This document shows, piece by piece, positions 27,756 through 41,250 of a DNA stretch of 64,000 nucleotides (position 1 is the first letter of the stretch; each line of letters begins with the position of its first letter). This DNA comes from Yuukianura sp. NJ FZ-2021 (Eukaryota), in the NCBI GenBank assembly GCA_046563655.1, contig CM102288.1:1736001-1800000 (forward strand). Direction: 5' to 3'. Below the pieces are notes generated by a model that made no database searches, was not told the DNA's origin, and saw only the letters and a program-made list of their open reading frames with translations. Both the position numbers and the translations under genes were made by a program.

Positions 27756-29999
27756 TTAGTAACCTTTGAAACTGGCATTTCGAAGGCATCTGTCACCCCC
27801 ACTGTGACTGCGAGTTCTCATCCTGGCTGGAGCAGGCGTAGTTGTAGCTGGATTTGGTCGCTCTACGACTGTAGAAGAAGCGTTTTGTATTTTTGAAGGA
27901 TATTTTCTAGGAGTTGGAGACGTTTTTGTGATGGCCAGCAACTGATGATGATGAGTTTGTGATTTGAGCTGACTTGGATCATCTGATGATAGTTTCTGAA
28001 GTTTTGGATTCCATTCAACCAATCGCTGTCGTTTTCTTTTAAGTTTCGTAGGAGCTGAAGTGTGTTTAGCCTCAGAGGGATCATTGACGACGTCCTCTTG
28101 AACTTGAACTGGAGCTGGAGGGACTTGTCCAGCAGACACCGAGTCAGTTTGATTTAATTCAAGGCTTCTTGACACGTCTTCAGTTTGATCTTGAATTGCG
28201 CTGTCCTCAGCGTCAACGCTGCTGTGCAAATCGCTCGTAGTATTCAGTTGTGATGAGGTTGAGGTAGAACTCGCATTCGTGGATTCGATCGTAAGAGTAA
28301 CGTTGTCTTGACCCTGATCCTTCTGTTGTTCAGTGTCCTCGTGAATATATAAGATCTCATCGTCATTTTTCACAGCATCTTGCACTTGGTGCAAATCGTT
28401 GACCGGAACTGCCGGAGGTTGACTACTGCCCTCCTGGTTCTTGTGGGATCGCTTGATGTGATTGAGCATTAAAACTTTGAGTCTTGTCTCTCTCGAACAA
28501 AATCTACATCGAAAAATACCCAGCGATGTCTTTTCTAGCACTTCGTCACGGTCAGTTTCACATTTAGCTTGGTTTTCATTTGGATTTATCACTTGAGGTT
28601 CTTCATCTGAAATCGGTTGAACTTGGTGTTCTAAACTGGAAATTATCAAGAAATGGAGAAATTGAAAATTGAATTTTGAAATTGTGTACGGGAATGGGTT
28701 GTTAACTTACGTTGGGATTTCAATTTCTTGAGTCTCTCCTGCCTGATCGGAGTTTGGTTGAGACAGAACTGGTGACGGCAGATTATACTGACCCGACATA
28801 GCGAAGTTTTCAAGGAGTGGATCACTGTCGTCATCTTCTTCTGGAAGATCATATCTGTAAGGCTTTGGTTTTTCTTCGTTCACGACAAACGTTGCTCTGG
28901 GAAGATTAGAAGCAGTTTGATGCAAAAAGTGATGCGGTGGCCTCGGTACTACTGCACTTCTCACGGTCATCGGTGTAGGTCGGGGTTTGACAATGGAGGA
29001 GGTTGGGACTAGAACTGTGTTTCCTCTGTTATCAATTGGAAGCAGAATAAACGATTCTGTATGTCCTGGCTGTTGCTGACTCGGTAGCATAACTGGCATA
29101 TTCGGCACTACTGGATAAGTATCTGTTTGAATAATTTCAGTATCCGATAAAATGTCGACAGCATCCTGAGCCGGTCCTTCAACATACAGGACCAAAGTAC
29201 CGTCCGCCTGGGTCTCGATTCTCATTTGACTTTGATTTGAACGGGGAAGTGCTAAAGTCTCTTGTTCATCTTGGACCTCAACTTCCTCAAGCTGATCTGC
29301 AAGTTCAAGTTGTCCGTTCTCCTCCACTGCTGCTGACGACACTGGAACGTCGGAGTTCAAGTAAACTGGATCCACTGTACCTAGTTCCGTGTCATTCAGA
29401 ACTTCCATTGGAATTCCAAGCTCATTTTCATGCGAAATCTGGACAAGGTCCTCCTGGGGGCAGTAGAGCTGAAATGTTGCTGGTGGAGTATTAGTTGTGA
29501 TGTATTCAGCAGGCAATCCACTGCTAGACACAATCGGAGTGACAATTGGGGTAGGTATGGCTTGTGAGACTGTAGTCGAGTCGTATGTTAGTGGGATCTC
29601 TGTCGGAAGAGGCTGGGCGACTACTGTAGGTTCGAGGGCCAATGAGAGCTCTGTGACTGCTGGATAAGGAGCATCCGAGACAATGAAACTATCTGGAGAT
29701 AGAAGCTCGATTGGAACAGTATCTGGAACCACAGTGATTTCATCTGGATCGTAAGTTTCGATGTATGAAACGGCCCCATTTGTAGTGGAAAAGATAGACG
29801 GTGTTGGATCTAACGTTGGATGAACTTGGTATACTTGAAACTTGTTATTGTTTATATTGGGCCGTCGGGAGATAATATTGGGTCGCTTGAGGTCAAGGCC
29901 GCCAGTAGTACTGAGGTAATAGACTTCCTCGTCCTGCCGAAAGTTGTCGAGAAGCAGACGATGCTGATTGATCGTCGCCTTTTGTTGATATCGATTCAT
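27756..29999 (-). CDS. Uncharacterised acidic, Pro/Thr-rich protein of about 720 aa with one C2H2 finger
   Basis: Two long ORFs joined in frame by a GT-AG intron at 28710-28636. Finger FRCRFCSRETRLKVLMLNHIKRSH. An upstream exon (donor near 30128) is probably 5' UTR. Confidence 0.7.
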
Positions 30000-30798
30000 C
30001 TTGCCTGTAAGAAAACAAAAAATCGAGATTTTAAACGATTACGTCGTCGATTGAACGTTCGGATTTTCAGGGAACTTTATGACTTCGCATAAAGTTTTTT
30101 GCGAATCTTGACGACATATTTCGCTTACCCGCTTTGCTGGAGTCGTAAAAATTGGGCTAGTGCTGGATACTGGATATACTGCCGCCACCATGCATTAAGT
30201 GCACACCAACACACCTCAAAATCGTCACTGGAAAGTAGTAATCTGCGTCACGCGACAGGGGCGGGGCTTTTTAATAATAAACTTCCACCAAGAAAGTAGC
30301 GACAACGGTGATCGCCCGTGACTAATCCTGTTCATTCTAAACAGTTTCCATCCAGGACCAACGGTACTTTAAAATTTAATTTTGCAATCAAGCAAGAGAC
30401 GATTGAGTAATTAAATTCTAATCAGTGAATTGAACAGTTACTAACCTATTAACACCGTTTGATTGGTTAAACGTGGACTCTCCTGTCGGGCGTCGGGGAT
30501 CTTCTGGAAGGAGGTTACGGTGACCACGTATACCGTAAATACCGAAGGTAAGTAAACAAAAAACGGGGGAATCGCGCAGCTGGACTTGGACATGGACACG
30601 CATGCGTCTCAATTGCAGAAATTGGTGGGGGTCGCAGTCTCGTAGTGTTATCTTGGTCCCGTTTTGCAGCGGAGAAGGGGGGCGGTCGGGGAAACGTAAA
30701 TTTTTCTTCTACCGTAGAGCTTCTAATTACTACCCCTCGGGCGTAAATTTTTTTTCTCTAGAACTACCGCCCGGGGTCTAAACAACATGAGTTAAAAA

Positions 30799-30967
30799 CG
30801 TAGCAGGTAATTTGGTCGGAAGTGAATTGGTCGGAAACGCAGAGGTCGGCAGGCGTATATGGGATTTAGATTAGGTTTGGTTAATCTTTTTAATGCTAGG
30901 GGTAGGTTATGTTTATAATGTTATTCGTTTTCGACCAATCCAATTCTGACCAAATTACCTGGAACCG
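30799..30967. mobile_element. 169-bp MITE in a divergent promoter region
   Basis: About 42-bp imperfect TIRs (CG..CAGGTAATTTGGTC.GAA...TTGGTCG.AAACG) flanked on both sides by TTAAAAA, a candidate TSD. TTAGG-like interior. Confidence 0.65.
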
Positions 30968-31796
30968 TTAAAAAAAATATATAAAAAAAAATATCTCGCG
31001 TAAATATCGCGCGTAAAAATATCTTTCACAATATATGATATTTTTTAAGGCGATCTTTTTTGCAAATTTTTTAGTCTCGTTCGTCAGGAACCCGAAATGT
31101 TAGTAGTATTAGAAACTCGGCTATTATTGGGAATCGACGTTTATTTGCAGTTTTACGGTATATTCTTACTTGTGTATGTTCCGGTTGGAGTTGGGTGCAC
31201 ATATCTAAACGGTGTTGAATTTTTCAAAACTTTTGAATACTGAATGCTGATTGGTTGGGTTCGGCCCCTCTCGTTTGGCGCCACCATTCAAACTGTCCAG
31301 AACTTTAAAGTCAAAATATTTTTTTTGAAAGCCAGAGATGAACGGGAGAAGGGAAGCTTTGGTTTCTTTGCTATCCAAATTCAATTGATTTCGTAGGATA
31401 TAATCCCTTTGCCCTTATAAGCAAGCAGATGCAGAGGGGTATAGCAAGTGTATGAGATTTGGGTATAAACAAAACAAAGCAAAGTGGTAATTGACGCCTT
31501 TTGAGACTTAAGAATAATCGATTGTGTTGTGCTTGTTACTCAAAAGCTTAAATTGTTTTACTTTTGTGTTAAACAGGGCTCAAGATGACACTCTGGAGCA
31601 TATTTTACTTATCCTGTGGTACGTGTACGTTATATGAGCGCCTGGAAGATGCCAACTAATAATTTGAGTGGAGCTAAATACTGGAAGTCATTGACTTACG
31701 TGATCATACAACTGGAACTCAACTAGCACGGACCGGTTGACGTTAAAGTGACCAGGAAAGAAATAGCAGTACTGGATTGAAGTCCACGTTGTTAGT

Positions 31797-34700
31797 ATGA
31801 ATCCTTATGGAATCTTACACTCGGCTCCGAACAGTCTCAGTCTTCATGATCATAACCAGTTGAGCAGAATGCTGCAGATTCCGGTCGTGCCGCAACAAAT
31901 GGTTGTGACCCCTTCGATTACGAACAGTGCCATGAGAGCCCTTGGATCCCTCGGTCAAGATTCTCCTCATATGAACGGACTGGCGTCACTGGGCAATCCT
32001 GCCCATGAACATGTCAACAGAATGGTGATGAATCAAGGTGGACTGGAGCAAAGGCATAGGCCGAATACAAGTTCTGCCGCTCCTGGAACCAGTAGTAGCG
32101 GTGGTCCTTCGGGGAATCCTCCAGATTCTGGTGGTGGCAACATGCATCGCCAACAAAACCCCTCCTCAGTCCAAGATCATCGACTGACTATAAACCAACC
32201 AAATCTAGATCAGCGACATCACAAACAACTCAATACACCTTCTACCGAGAATTCCCGACAAGATCATCACCATCCGCAGCAGCAACATCCACCGAATACA
32301 ACAAATACTCCGTCGCTTGATCTGCACCAAGAGGTGATGATGGAAAATTATTATGAAGAAGCTGACGATCGACCCCATGTTTGCCAAGTGTGCAACGCCT
32401 GCTACAAAACTCGAACTCATCTGAAGAGGTTAACATTGCTCGAATCTTGATTCAAGATTCTCGAATCAAGTTTTATACTTGCAAGTATTCAATCCTAACA
32501 AGCTTTTTTTTTCACTTTTAGGCACATGTGTATCCATCTGAAAGCTCGTCCATATTCCTGTACATTTCCAGAATGTGGCAAAGGTTTCAATCGTAAAGGT
32601 ACAGGTACATTTCCACTTCCTTATTTCCACGTCTTAATTCATCTGTTCACAATGAACTGAAAGCTATGTAGTCAAAATCTAATTCTTGTTTTTACCTTTG
32701 TCGTTTTTCAGAGCACGCGAATAAGGTACACTTCAAGACATTTCCAGCTTTTTCATAAAAACGTTTACTAACCTTATATTTTGTGTTCATTTGTAGCACT
32801 ATGATGCAGTTCACCGACTTTCCAAGTTCAAATGTACGTATTGCTCCAAAGAAATCAGCAGGAAGGATCATTTGAACAGGTACGATAACGAAAAACAATC
32901 CATTTCTAGTTGTTTTCGAATTTCGAAAAGGAAATTACGAATTTTAATGTTTTGGTTCTATTCTTTACAGGCACATAAAAAATATGCATACTTTTCCTCT
33001 CCCGCCCGGCGGAACACGACGTGCAGCAGGTATGAAGAAAAACATAAAAATTTTGTGAAAATCTAAATCTACTGCTAGTTTATCAGAAATGAGTTGATTT
33101 TATTGAACTTTGGTAGGAACCGGAGCTCGGAAGAAGAAGGGCGAAGGCGGAGCTAAACTTGGAAATGTGCTTGCAGTAGGATTAATTGAGCCTAAGACGG
33201 AGCTGGGTAATAGTCGATGTCAGCAACTGGATCCACACGCTATTCTAGGTCCATCAGTACCACATCCTCATTACCAAACAGCACAATTTACCAATGGAAA
33301 ACCATCGGCAGGAGTGTCTGGATTGTTGGAGTTGTTCACTTGTCCAGAATGTTCTTCCAGTTTTGTCTCAGAAAATGATCTCACTATTCATGCAAAAACT
33401 CACAAACCTCAGCCGTACAAGTGCACTGAGTGCTCCAGGGCGTAAGAAATCTTTTAGGTAATCAATTCACAGTTCAATTAATCAACATACGTTTTTTATT
33501 GCAGTTATACGAGAAGAGAGAAACTCACTGGTAAGGAATTTCAAGTGTAATTTTCTATAGAATTTAAATTCAAACGGAGAACTATTTTTACAGAGCATGT
33601 GCGCTGCTTCCATCAAGGACAAAAATTCTCCTGTGAATACTGCGGCAAAGGTGACAAACCTGCGATTTATTGTTATAGACTTGAACGATTGATCTCACGC
33701 ATCTATTTTTCTTATTTTTTCAAATAGATTTATCCCGGAAAGATCACGTATTGAGGTAAGCTGAAAAATGATACAACAGTTTTTATCTTTCTTATTCAAA
33801 AAGTGACTCAATCGTTAATCGTTTTCTGCTTTTCTTTCTTTATATAGGCATGTTCGCAGGTAACCGAATAGAAGATCAGTGAAACGCAGTGATGAAAGTC
33901 AATTTCAACCATCGGTTTTCATGGGATGTTTATTTCTAATTTCTTTTTTGTTTTACTTCCAGTGTTCATCCAGAAGTATTAGCGAGTCAATTCGTCGAGG
34001 TAAAGTGAAACCCCAAGTCAAAACTGTGAAGATTGTGCTTTGAGAGTGCAGTATTGTGATTTTTGAATTTAAGATGGCGGAGAGCAATGGAATCGATCCT
34101 GCAAGTGTAATAAGTGCAAGAGCAAATAGCAATGGATCCAACAATTCACACCTTCCAACATCCTCTGCCTCCACGACGTCTACTCCCTCCAACAATTCAA
34201 ACAGCAATGCCATTCCATCAATGGGCGAAATGGGAGCTCTACTCAAATCCGTTTGCCACATATGCCTCAAAGTAAGTTTTTACAGCTGGAACATTGGAAA
34301 ATGTTGTTTTTTGAAACATTTATGGAAAAATATAGCTCGCATTGTCTTCAAATTGTATGTAAATTGGTTTCCTAAGAAATGATGTTGTCTTTCAGGTATT
34401 CGGAACTTCCTATCATCTCTCGAGACATGTCCAATCTGTACACAACCAGAATATGAGACCGTACGCCTGCTCTTTTTGCTCGAAGCAATTCAAGGTAAGT
34501 TGGTGGGAAATTATCCTGGAAAGAATTTGATTTTATGATCAACGATTTTTTTTTCGACAGAGAAAAGACCATTTGACGAATCACACAAAAAGTCATTGTA
34601 ATAGCCATCGTGAAGGGTCTCCGAGTTCTGCGCAGCTTAACATGGCAAATATTATCAACGGAGCAGAATCTCTTCGACATCATGCACTCAATTCCCTGCA

Positions 34701-35181
34701 AATAGAAATGTTAGCCCCGGATGAAGAAAACAAAAATGTCCAGCAGAACGACTTGCAAAAGGGAAGTGAAAATGGAGCCAAGGGCTCCAGAGCAGGAGAT
34801 GGCAAGTATCCGAAAACGGAGAAACACGATGCAAGAGAGACTTGTGATGCAATGGGCATGACTTCCAGTGCAGCCCAGGCGAAACGCGGGAAAAGTGGAG
34901 TTCAAGAGAGAAACAACGATGGAAATGGCAGCAACAACAGTCGACCACTGACAGAGAGTGTGCGAACAGAAACTCAGCAGCTTCTTCCGTTCTGTGCCCA
35001 GTGTCAAATTAAGTTCAGTTCGGATGGTCAACTAGTACATCACCTTATCCAGAAACATGGAGGAGGAGGTCAAGAGGCTAGTTTGGTCAAGGACACTTTC
35101 CAACAGAGTTTATGGGGACGAATGGAGTCGGTAGAGAGTTCTGGAGGAGAACATCAACATGCAACTAGCAGTCGGTCATAG
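31797..35181 (+). CDS. Multi-C2H2 zinc-finger protein (about 9 fingers) with many short exons
   Basis: In-frame splicing gives CQVCNACYKTRTHLKRHMCIH, CTFPECGKGFNRKEHANKHYDAVH, CTYCSKEISRKDHLNRHIKNMH, CPEC..., CTECSRAYTRREKLTEHVRCFH, CEYCGKDLSRKDHVLRHVRSVH, CHIC..., CSFC... and CAQC.... Stop at 35179-35181. Confidence 0.85.
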
Positions 35182-35852
35182 AACTTTTACTAAAAAGCGA
35201 TCACAGGTTTTTAAATTTCTAGGTGTTAGGATTTTTCATAATTAGTTTAGAGGTGGAATTATTAATTGTGAGAATTAAGTAATTACTCTCCATTTTTTGT
35301 CTTATTTATGACTTTCGTATTTTCTGAGATTGTAAATCATGAAACCATGTAATTACTATAATTTAATTACGATTACGCCTACTACACACTCACACTCACT
35401 CACTCTCAAGTAACCCTTTCGTCCGTAATAACTTCATTTTATTTTATAAATATTATAGTATTTATCAGTTTTATGCCTGTTACTTGTCCTTTCTGTGTAG
35501 AAAATAAAATATTGCGACAATTAACTTTAGTTTTAAGTTTAATTAAGTCGATTACATCTGAATTCTGAGTAATTTTGACTTATTGTTCTAAAATTTCAGG
35601 TCTAGGGGCGTGTTTTCGTGGTTGGGGCAAGCTGAGACGCAGGTTCGAATTTTGAATTATTTGGCGCGCTTTCCCGAATTCACTTTCGTGTTTTTATTTT
35701 TTTTTTCCGTAGGAATCAACAGGAGGAAGGAACGAAGGAAGTCAACGAGAGAAGGAGAAGGTTAGTTAAACGTTGTTAATTAACGATTGATTAATTAAAG
35801 TAATTAGACATATGTTCTTAACAGATAGTTTGTCGGATACTGAAAGACGAAA

Positions 35853-37106
35853 ATGGAAGAATCGGAGGAAGTAAAGAGACTGTCGAAACGTAAACAGCGA
35901 ACCAGTTTGGGAGAATCGGCAAAACGGAAGAAATTGCATCAGCAATCGAAGAAGCCAGCGTCAAGGACTGCAGTGATCCGACCCAATGGAAATGAGTGGT
36001 AATTAATGCAATGATTAATTGTGCTGCTATTGCTATACTAGAAGTATGTGCTTAGTATTCTAAATGTAAAGCATCAGCTGACTTTTATTTCTTCTTTTTA
36101 GGCCGAATTATAAAAATGAATGGAAAACCGAGTTGATGACATTGTTGAACAAGTACGTTATATATGTAACATATACGAATGAAGACTTGGAAAAAACAAA
36201 AGGCAAACTACGTTTACGACCATTGTTATTGATATTTTCAGATTGTTGGAACCCATGAAACTTCCAACTCGAAAAGTTCCTTTGAACGAAATTCGTAAAG
36301 TGGAGCCTGGGAAAAGAGGAGAGTTTCGTCGGCAATGGATGGCAGATGAAGCCGCTAAAGTTGGATTCCAATTCAGTAATTACTTCCTACTTAGGTAAGG
36401 TTTTGTTTTTGTTTTTGTTGAAGTATGTTGAACTTGAACTTAATTACATCGTTTTAAACGAAAATTGGAGTTAATGATTTTTTTATAGGTCATGTGTCGC
36501 TCTTGGTGTCAACTGCGTTTCCAAAGGGCTGGAGAGGGATAAATTGGTCGGCGTGATAATTGAGAAGAACGTAACTCCCGAGATTATTACGAAACTGCTT
36601 ATTCCTATTGCGGAGGGAAAGGGCGTCCCTATTGTTGCCATTGACGGACTCAATTCTATTTTCAAGGATGCCTGTGGAATGCGTTGTATCGCCATGGGTC
36701 TCAAGGTAACTTAAAACGGATGTTCCTATAAAAGCTTCATCCGCTTGTTCCATTTTCGTAATTTCGTTTTTTATACAAAAAAAAACTTTTATAACTTATG
36801 GTTAGGAGTAACTATTTGGTTCATTTTGTTGAGCTTCCGCCTTCCGTGGTCAAATTCGTTTCAAAACATCTCATTTCTTGGTTTCAGCTTCCTTGCGCTG
36901 AAATTAGCAACCATTTCTTCCCAATCCTGGAGCATGTTCAATCAGCCAAACTTTCACTGGAATCTTCGTCAGCATCGGATGACACTCAAGAAGGAAAAGC
37001 TTCAAAACCACAAACTCCTGGCAGTTCCAACTCCACGCCCAAGCGCAAGATGGACAATCAACAACAGGCTTTCAAGAAGAAGAAGATTCGGAAAATGGGT
37101 TCCTAA
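35853..37106 (+). CDS. RPP38: Ribonuclease P/MRP protein subunit p38-like (L7Ae family)
   Basis: The exon at about 36489-36705 reads RSCVALGVNCVSKGLERDKLVGVIIEKNVTPEIITKLLIPIAEGKGVPIVAIDGLNSIF...GMRCIAMGLK, matching the RPP38 L7Ae core. Basic N- and C-termini; GT-AG introns. Confidence 0.75.
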
Positions 37107-38813
37107 ATCCTAAGACCAGAATCCTTTCAAAAGACTGTCAAAAAAGTTCGGCTTGTTCCTAAAAGCCTACGATTGGGAGGACACAGCGTGACATAGGAGA
37201 TGACCATTCCGTCCTACATCGTCGTACCGTTTAGCTTACAGAGTTGCCCAAGGTTAGGTTGTAAAACTTAGGAATAAAATGAAAAGTTGCATATCCTGTG
37301 CAAGTCTAATTTATTTGTGAGTATTTTCTTTGTGCTGGATCTTTCAGATGACAACACAGGCAAGAAGGAGGGGAAGGACGACCGGCAGGGTGCTTGTTAG
37401 GGTGAACCCGACCCCAAGTTCCATTTGAACGATCGGAGAGCATGACACGGAGGAAGAAGAGGGGGATGGACACTTTTTTGTTCAATATCAACATCATCTG
37501 CCTCGTTTCCAACCAAACTTCAGAGCTCGACTCTACTCAAGTTGAAGAACAAAGTTGATTCATGTGGGGTTCCGTCCGTTGTCCAACACAGGCCATATGG
37601 GGATGTCGTGCTAGAAGTGGAAAACATGTTTGGATCCAAGGAAGAGGGGGAAGTTTGGGGTATCGTCATGGCCATTCTCTCCTTCCACTTTGTGGTACTT
37701 GACACCTTCAGAAGACTAGAGACAAAGGGGGATAAAATCAGAAGAGGACAGACACATGGCTTGGCGTTGGGCATTTATGGCATGGACTTGGACTTGGCCA
37801 GGAGCCGTTTACAAAGCTATACACCCTCGAATCCACTTCAACGGCTTGCCTCCTTCCCCTGATTTTTCCCCCCACAGAGCAAGGGGGAAAGTGAAGCCAT
37901 GGACTCCTCCCTCCGCCCACAGACTCCAGAACCTCGCTTCCCCCACTTACCACCACCAAGAACCTCCGACCCATGGGAATATTATGGGAAAAAGGCTGTT
38001 GGTTGGGGACGTTGCGGAAACTTAGAACAGAAATAGACGACTCGACCTCCTCCATTCTCCACTGTGGCACCCCAGAACACCTCCGCTGGCTCGCTGGTTT
38101 AAAACTGAAGGACTGACGAACGAAAGTTACCTTGAAGACACCTACTGATCCGGAACCATTTTGGACAACACTGAAGGTAACAACTTAATGAAGTTTTTAG
38201 TATTGTTAAACATTTGAAAGTAACACGAAATTAGAGAATTGTAAGTTGGTATCGGTGACCTTTGACCTGACCTTTGTACCACGACTTTTGGACACTACTG
38301 TAAAGTTAGTAGTCAGGCCGGTGTTATCGGTTAACATGAGGATGAGACATAGCCTTGGACAGATTCTTTCAACAATAAGAATCTCTCATTGGGTTTTGTT
38401 TGGTGTGAAATTTTAAGAGTAGGGTTTTGCAGGACAAAGAACGAAGAATTGTTTTCTGTTGGTCATTTCTTCTGACATGTCTTTGTTCTTTGGAGCACAG
38501 AAATAGCAAATTTTTTGTTAAGGTTTTTTCAATATCATGCGAAAATGCAGAAGGCGAATGAGAGAGGTCAAGGCAAGAGTTCCTGGAATCACGTTGGTTG
38601 TGGTTGGATTCCCATCGAAAGTTGATGTGAATTCAGCTTGCAAATTGCAATTCAACTGCTCAAGTTCTATCATGGGAACTTCCAGTTTTCTGATAGTTAA
38701 ATGGGATATTGGATCTGGATGGAGATATGACTTTCGTACATACGAAAAGTTAATGTGTTAATTTTAAACTTGTTTCCTAATGCCCCTATCTTTGATTCGT
38801 TTTAGGTGGGACG

Positions 38814-40918
38814 ATGAAGGAGGAGAAGAGTGATTTATTTAGTTGTGGGCAGTGCAGCTCGTCGTTCGTAACTAAACGAACCTTGGAGTCCCATACAAAG
38901 GCGTTTCATCCTCTGTCAAAGGTCAGTTCCACGGACGCGGACACGCCCGATCAGCATTTGTCACTGCCAGAGTCTCACTCTCAGGGATCGATGCCAAAGT
39001 TAAAACGAGCCAGTTATGCTTGTCAGCAGTGCAGCAAAAGATTTCCGACACAGGACGAACTGATACTCCATCAAAAATCGACTCATTCCGAAGTAAAAGT
39101 TATCCTTGACGGTCCGGAATCAAAACAGACAGCAAAACCACGTGCTTTGGTAAGAACTATTTCAAACGTTTTGAATTGGCGACATTTTGTTAGTCTAACT
39201 TTTTCAATTTGACCTTGTGTTTTACAGAAGCGACCTCTCGAGGTGAAAGATGAGGACGACGGTGACCTCAGAAATCAAGTCAAGACTAAAATCAAGATTG
39301 AGCCGAATGCGGATCCAATTGTGGAAGAAACAAACGACGTCAAGCCATTTGTCCATACAAATAATCGATTCTACCCATTTGCAAATGTAGAAAACTTTGA
39401 GATTACTGAAGTTGTCAAATCGCTGCTCATATCACATATGAACGCTGAAAGCGAACGGGAGAAAAAAGCTGCTGCAGCAGCAGCTCTTGAGAAGTCAACG
39501 TCTACAGCGATTGTGAAGTCACCAGTCCCAATGCGAGGAACAAAATATGAATCTGAGGATGACGAAGAAGATGAATTCGAAGGAGAAGGATCGTACGGAG
39601 CGACTTTCTCTCCTGAAAATGGGCACGACGTATTGTCTCCTCTTGTGAGCATGGACGAAGGGGACAACTTCAATACTGGAAACTTTGTTTGCAGCGATTG
39701 CGGAATTGAGTTTCCCACGGACTTCCAATTGGTGAAACACATGCAAGATCACGTCAGTCGTCCTCACAAATGCAGAATTTGTGGAAGTCGATTCGCGAGA
39801 AGTAAGTAAAACTTTTAATTTTGTAAAAATCAACTTAAAATAACTTTTTTTGTGTGTATTTTAGGGGAACACTTGTCGAAGCATCAGAGTTCCGTCCATT
39901 CCGGAATTAAATATACTTGTAAATACTGCTCCAAAGATATTAGCCGTCGAGATCACCTAATTCGTCACCTCCGAAGTGTACATCGCTGTGAGGTATGATG
40001 CTTGGAGTTCAGAAAAATGCTTTATTTCTACCAGACTAAACTAAATTTCGATTACTTTTTAGATTCCAAAGGGCCTTGACCTGTTGTCTGCTGCTGCTTC
40101 GAGTGTTCGAGTTAGTTCGAATTGTCCATCGGCTAATGTTACGGCTCAATACGATCCGGATCTGAATCTAACTGTGCAAAGTATGCAGCCTAAACCAAAG
40201 AAAGTGAATGGGACCAAATGTGACATGTGCTGTGAAACGTTTACGGTTTTGGAAGAGCTGTTCCAGCATCAGCGACAAGCTCATGGCGACATTCGCAGAT
40301 ACGATTGTAAGTTTCAACACAATTTCAACTTTGGATTTTGTAATTCATAATTTTTATCTGGACATTTCAGGTGCATATTGTTCTAAAAGCTTCAAACGCA
40401 ATGAACATTTGCAGGTAGGTAACAAGTGGAATTCTGCATTACAAAATGAAACCAATGATTGAAACTTTCAGCGATTATTTTGTTGCGTATTTTTGTAGAA
40501 ACATATTGTACTGCACACGGGTGAGAAGAACTTCGCTTGTCAGTTCTGTTCAAAGAGCTTTCCCAGAAGAGATGCCCTTCAAGATCACCTTCGCCGAGTT
40601 CACGGTTCAGTCAATCCAGCAGAAACTGAACAATTTTCATGCGACCTCTGTGACAGAGTGTTTGCCCAAAGTTCCAAACTGGTACGACACCGGAATCAAG
40701 TTCATAACATAACACTGGCTGTGGCCATTGCCAACGGAGGATCACTGTTTCGAAATCAAGACAATGATGGCCAGTACTCGACAGGCGATGATGGTTCCAG
40801 TGACACTGGGTTGATGGATTTCAACATTACAAAAGTGAAATTACCTCCAGTTCCAGGTCTTCTTCCAATCAACGACTTCCAATTCCATGCAGCCACTACC
40901 AAAGTGGGAAAGAATTAG
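38814..40918 (+). CDS. Multi-C2H2 zinc-finger protein (about 9 fingers)
   Basis: CGQCSSSFVTKRTLESHTKAFH, CQQC..., CSDC..., CRICGSRFARREHLSKHQSSVH, CKYCSKDISRRDHLIRHLRSVH, CDMC..., CAYCSKSFKRNEHLQKHIVLHTGEKNFACQFC..., CDLC.... TAG at 40916-40918. The true 5' start is uncertain. Confidence 0.85.
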
Positions 40919-41155
40919 AGGACTTTGGAGCTTGGCCTTTCTTGGAAATTATTTCTGAACTTATTTGCTAAAAAGTTTATATTTAAAGAGCTTCTTTTTC
41001 CTGTCAACATTATTTAATTGGATCACTTTATACTTTCATAAGTCTAAATTTTAAGTTTAATTTCCTAAAATGAGAAATTCTTTATTACCCTGCTGTCATT
41101 CTTTCAATTTATAGACGTTATGTTTTAAGAATTTTCGTAAACATAAGCAGAGATT

Positions 41156-41250
41156 GGGTCGGTCTAAAAGGCCGTAAATCAGAGCGTGTGTTAACAGCAT
41201 GGGGAGCGGCCGCTCATTTAACATTACGTTAGCATGGCTAAAAGGCCGTA
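41156..41250 (+). repeat. Left terminal inverted repeat (95 bp)
   Basis: Exact reverse complement of 52293-52387. Confidence 0.95.
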
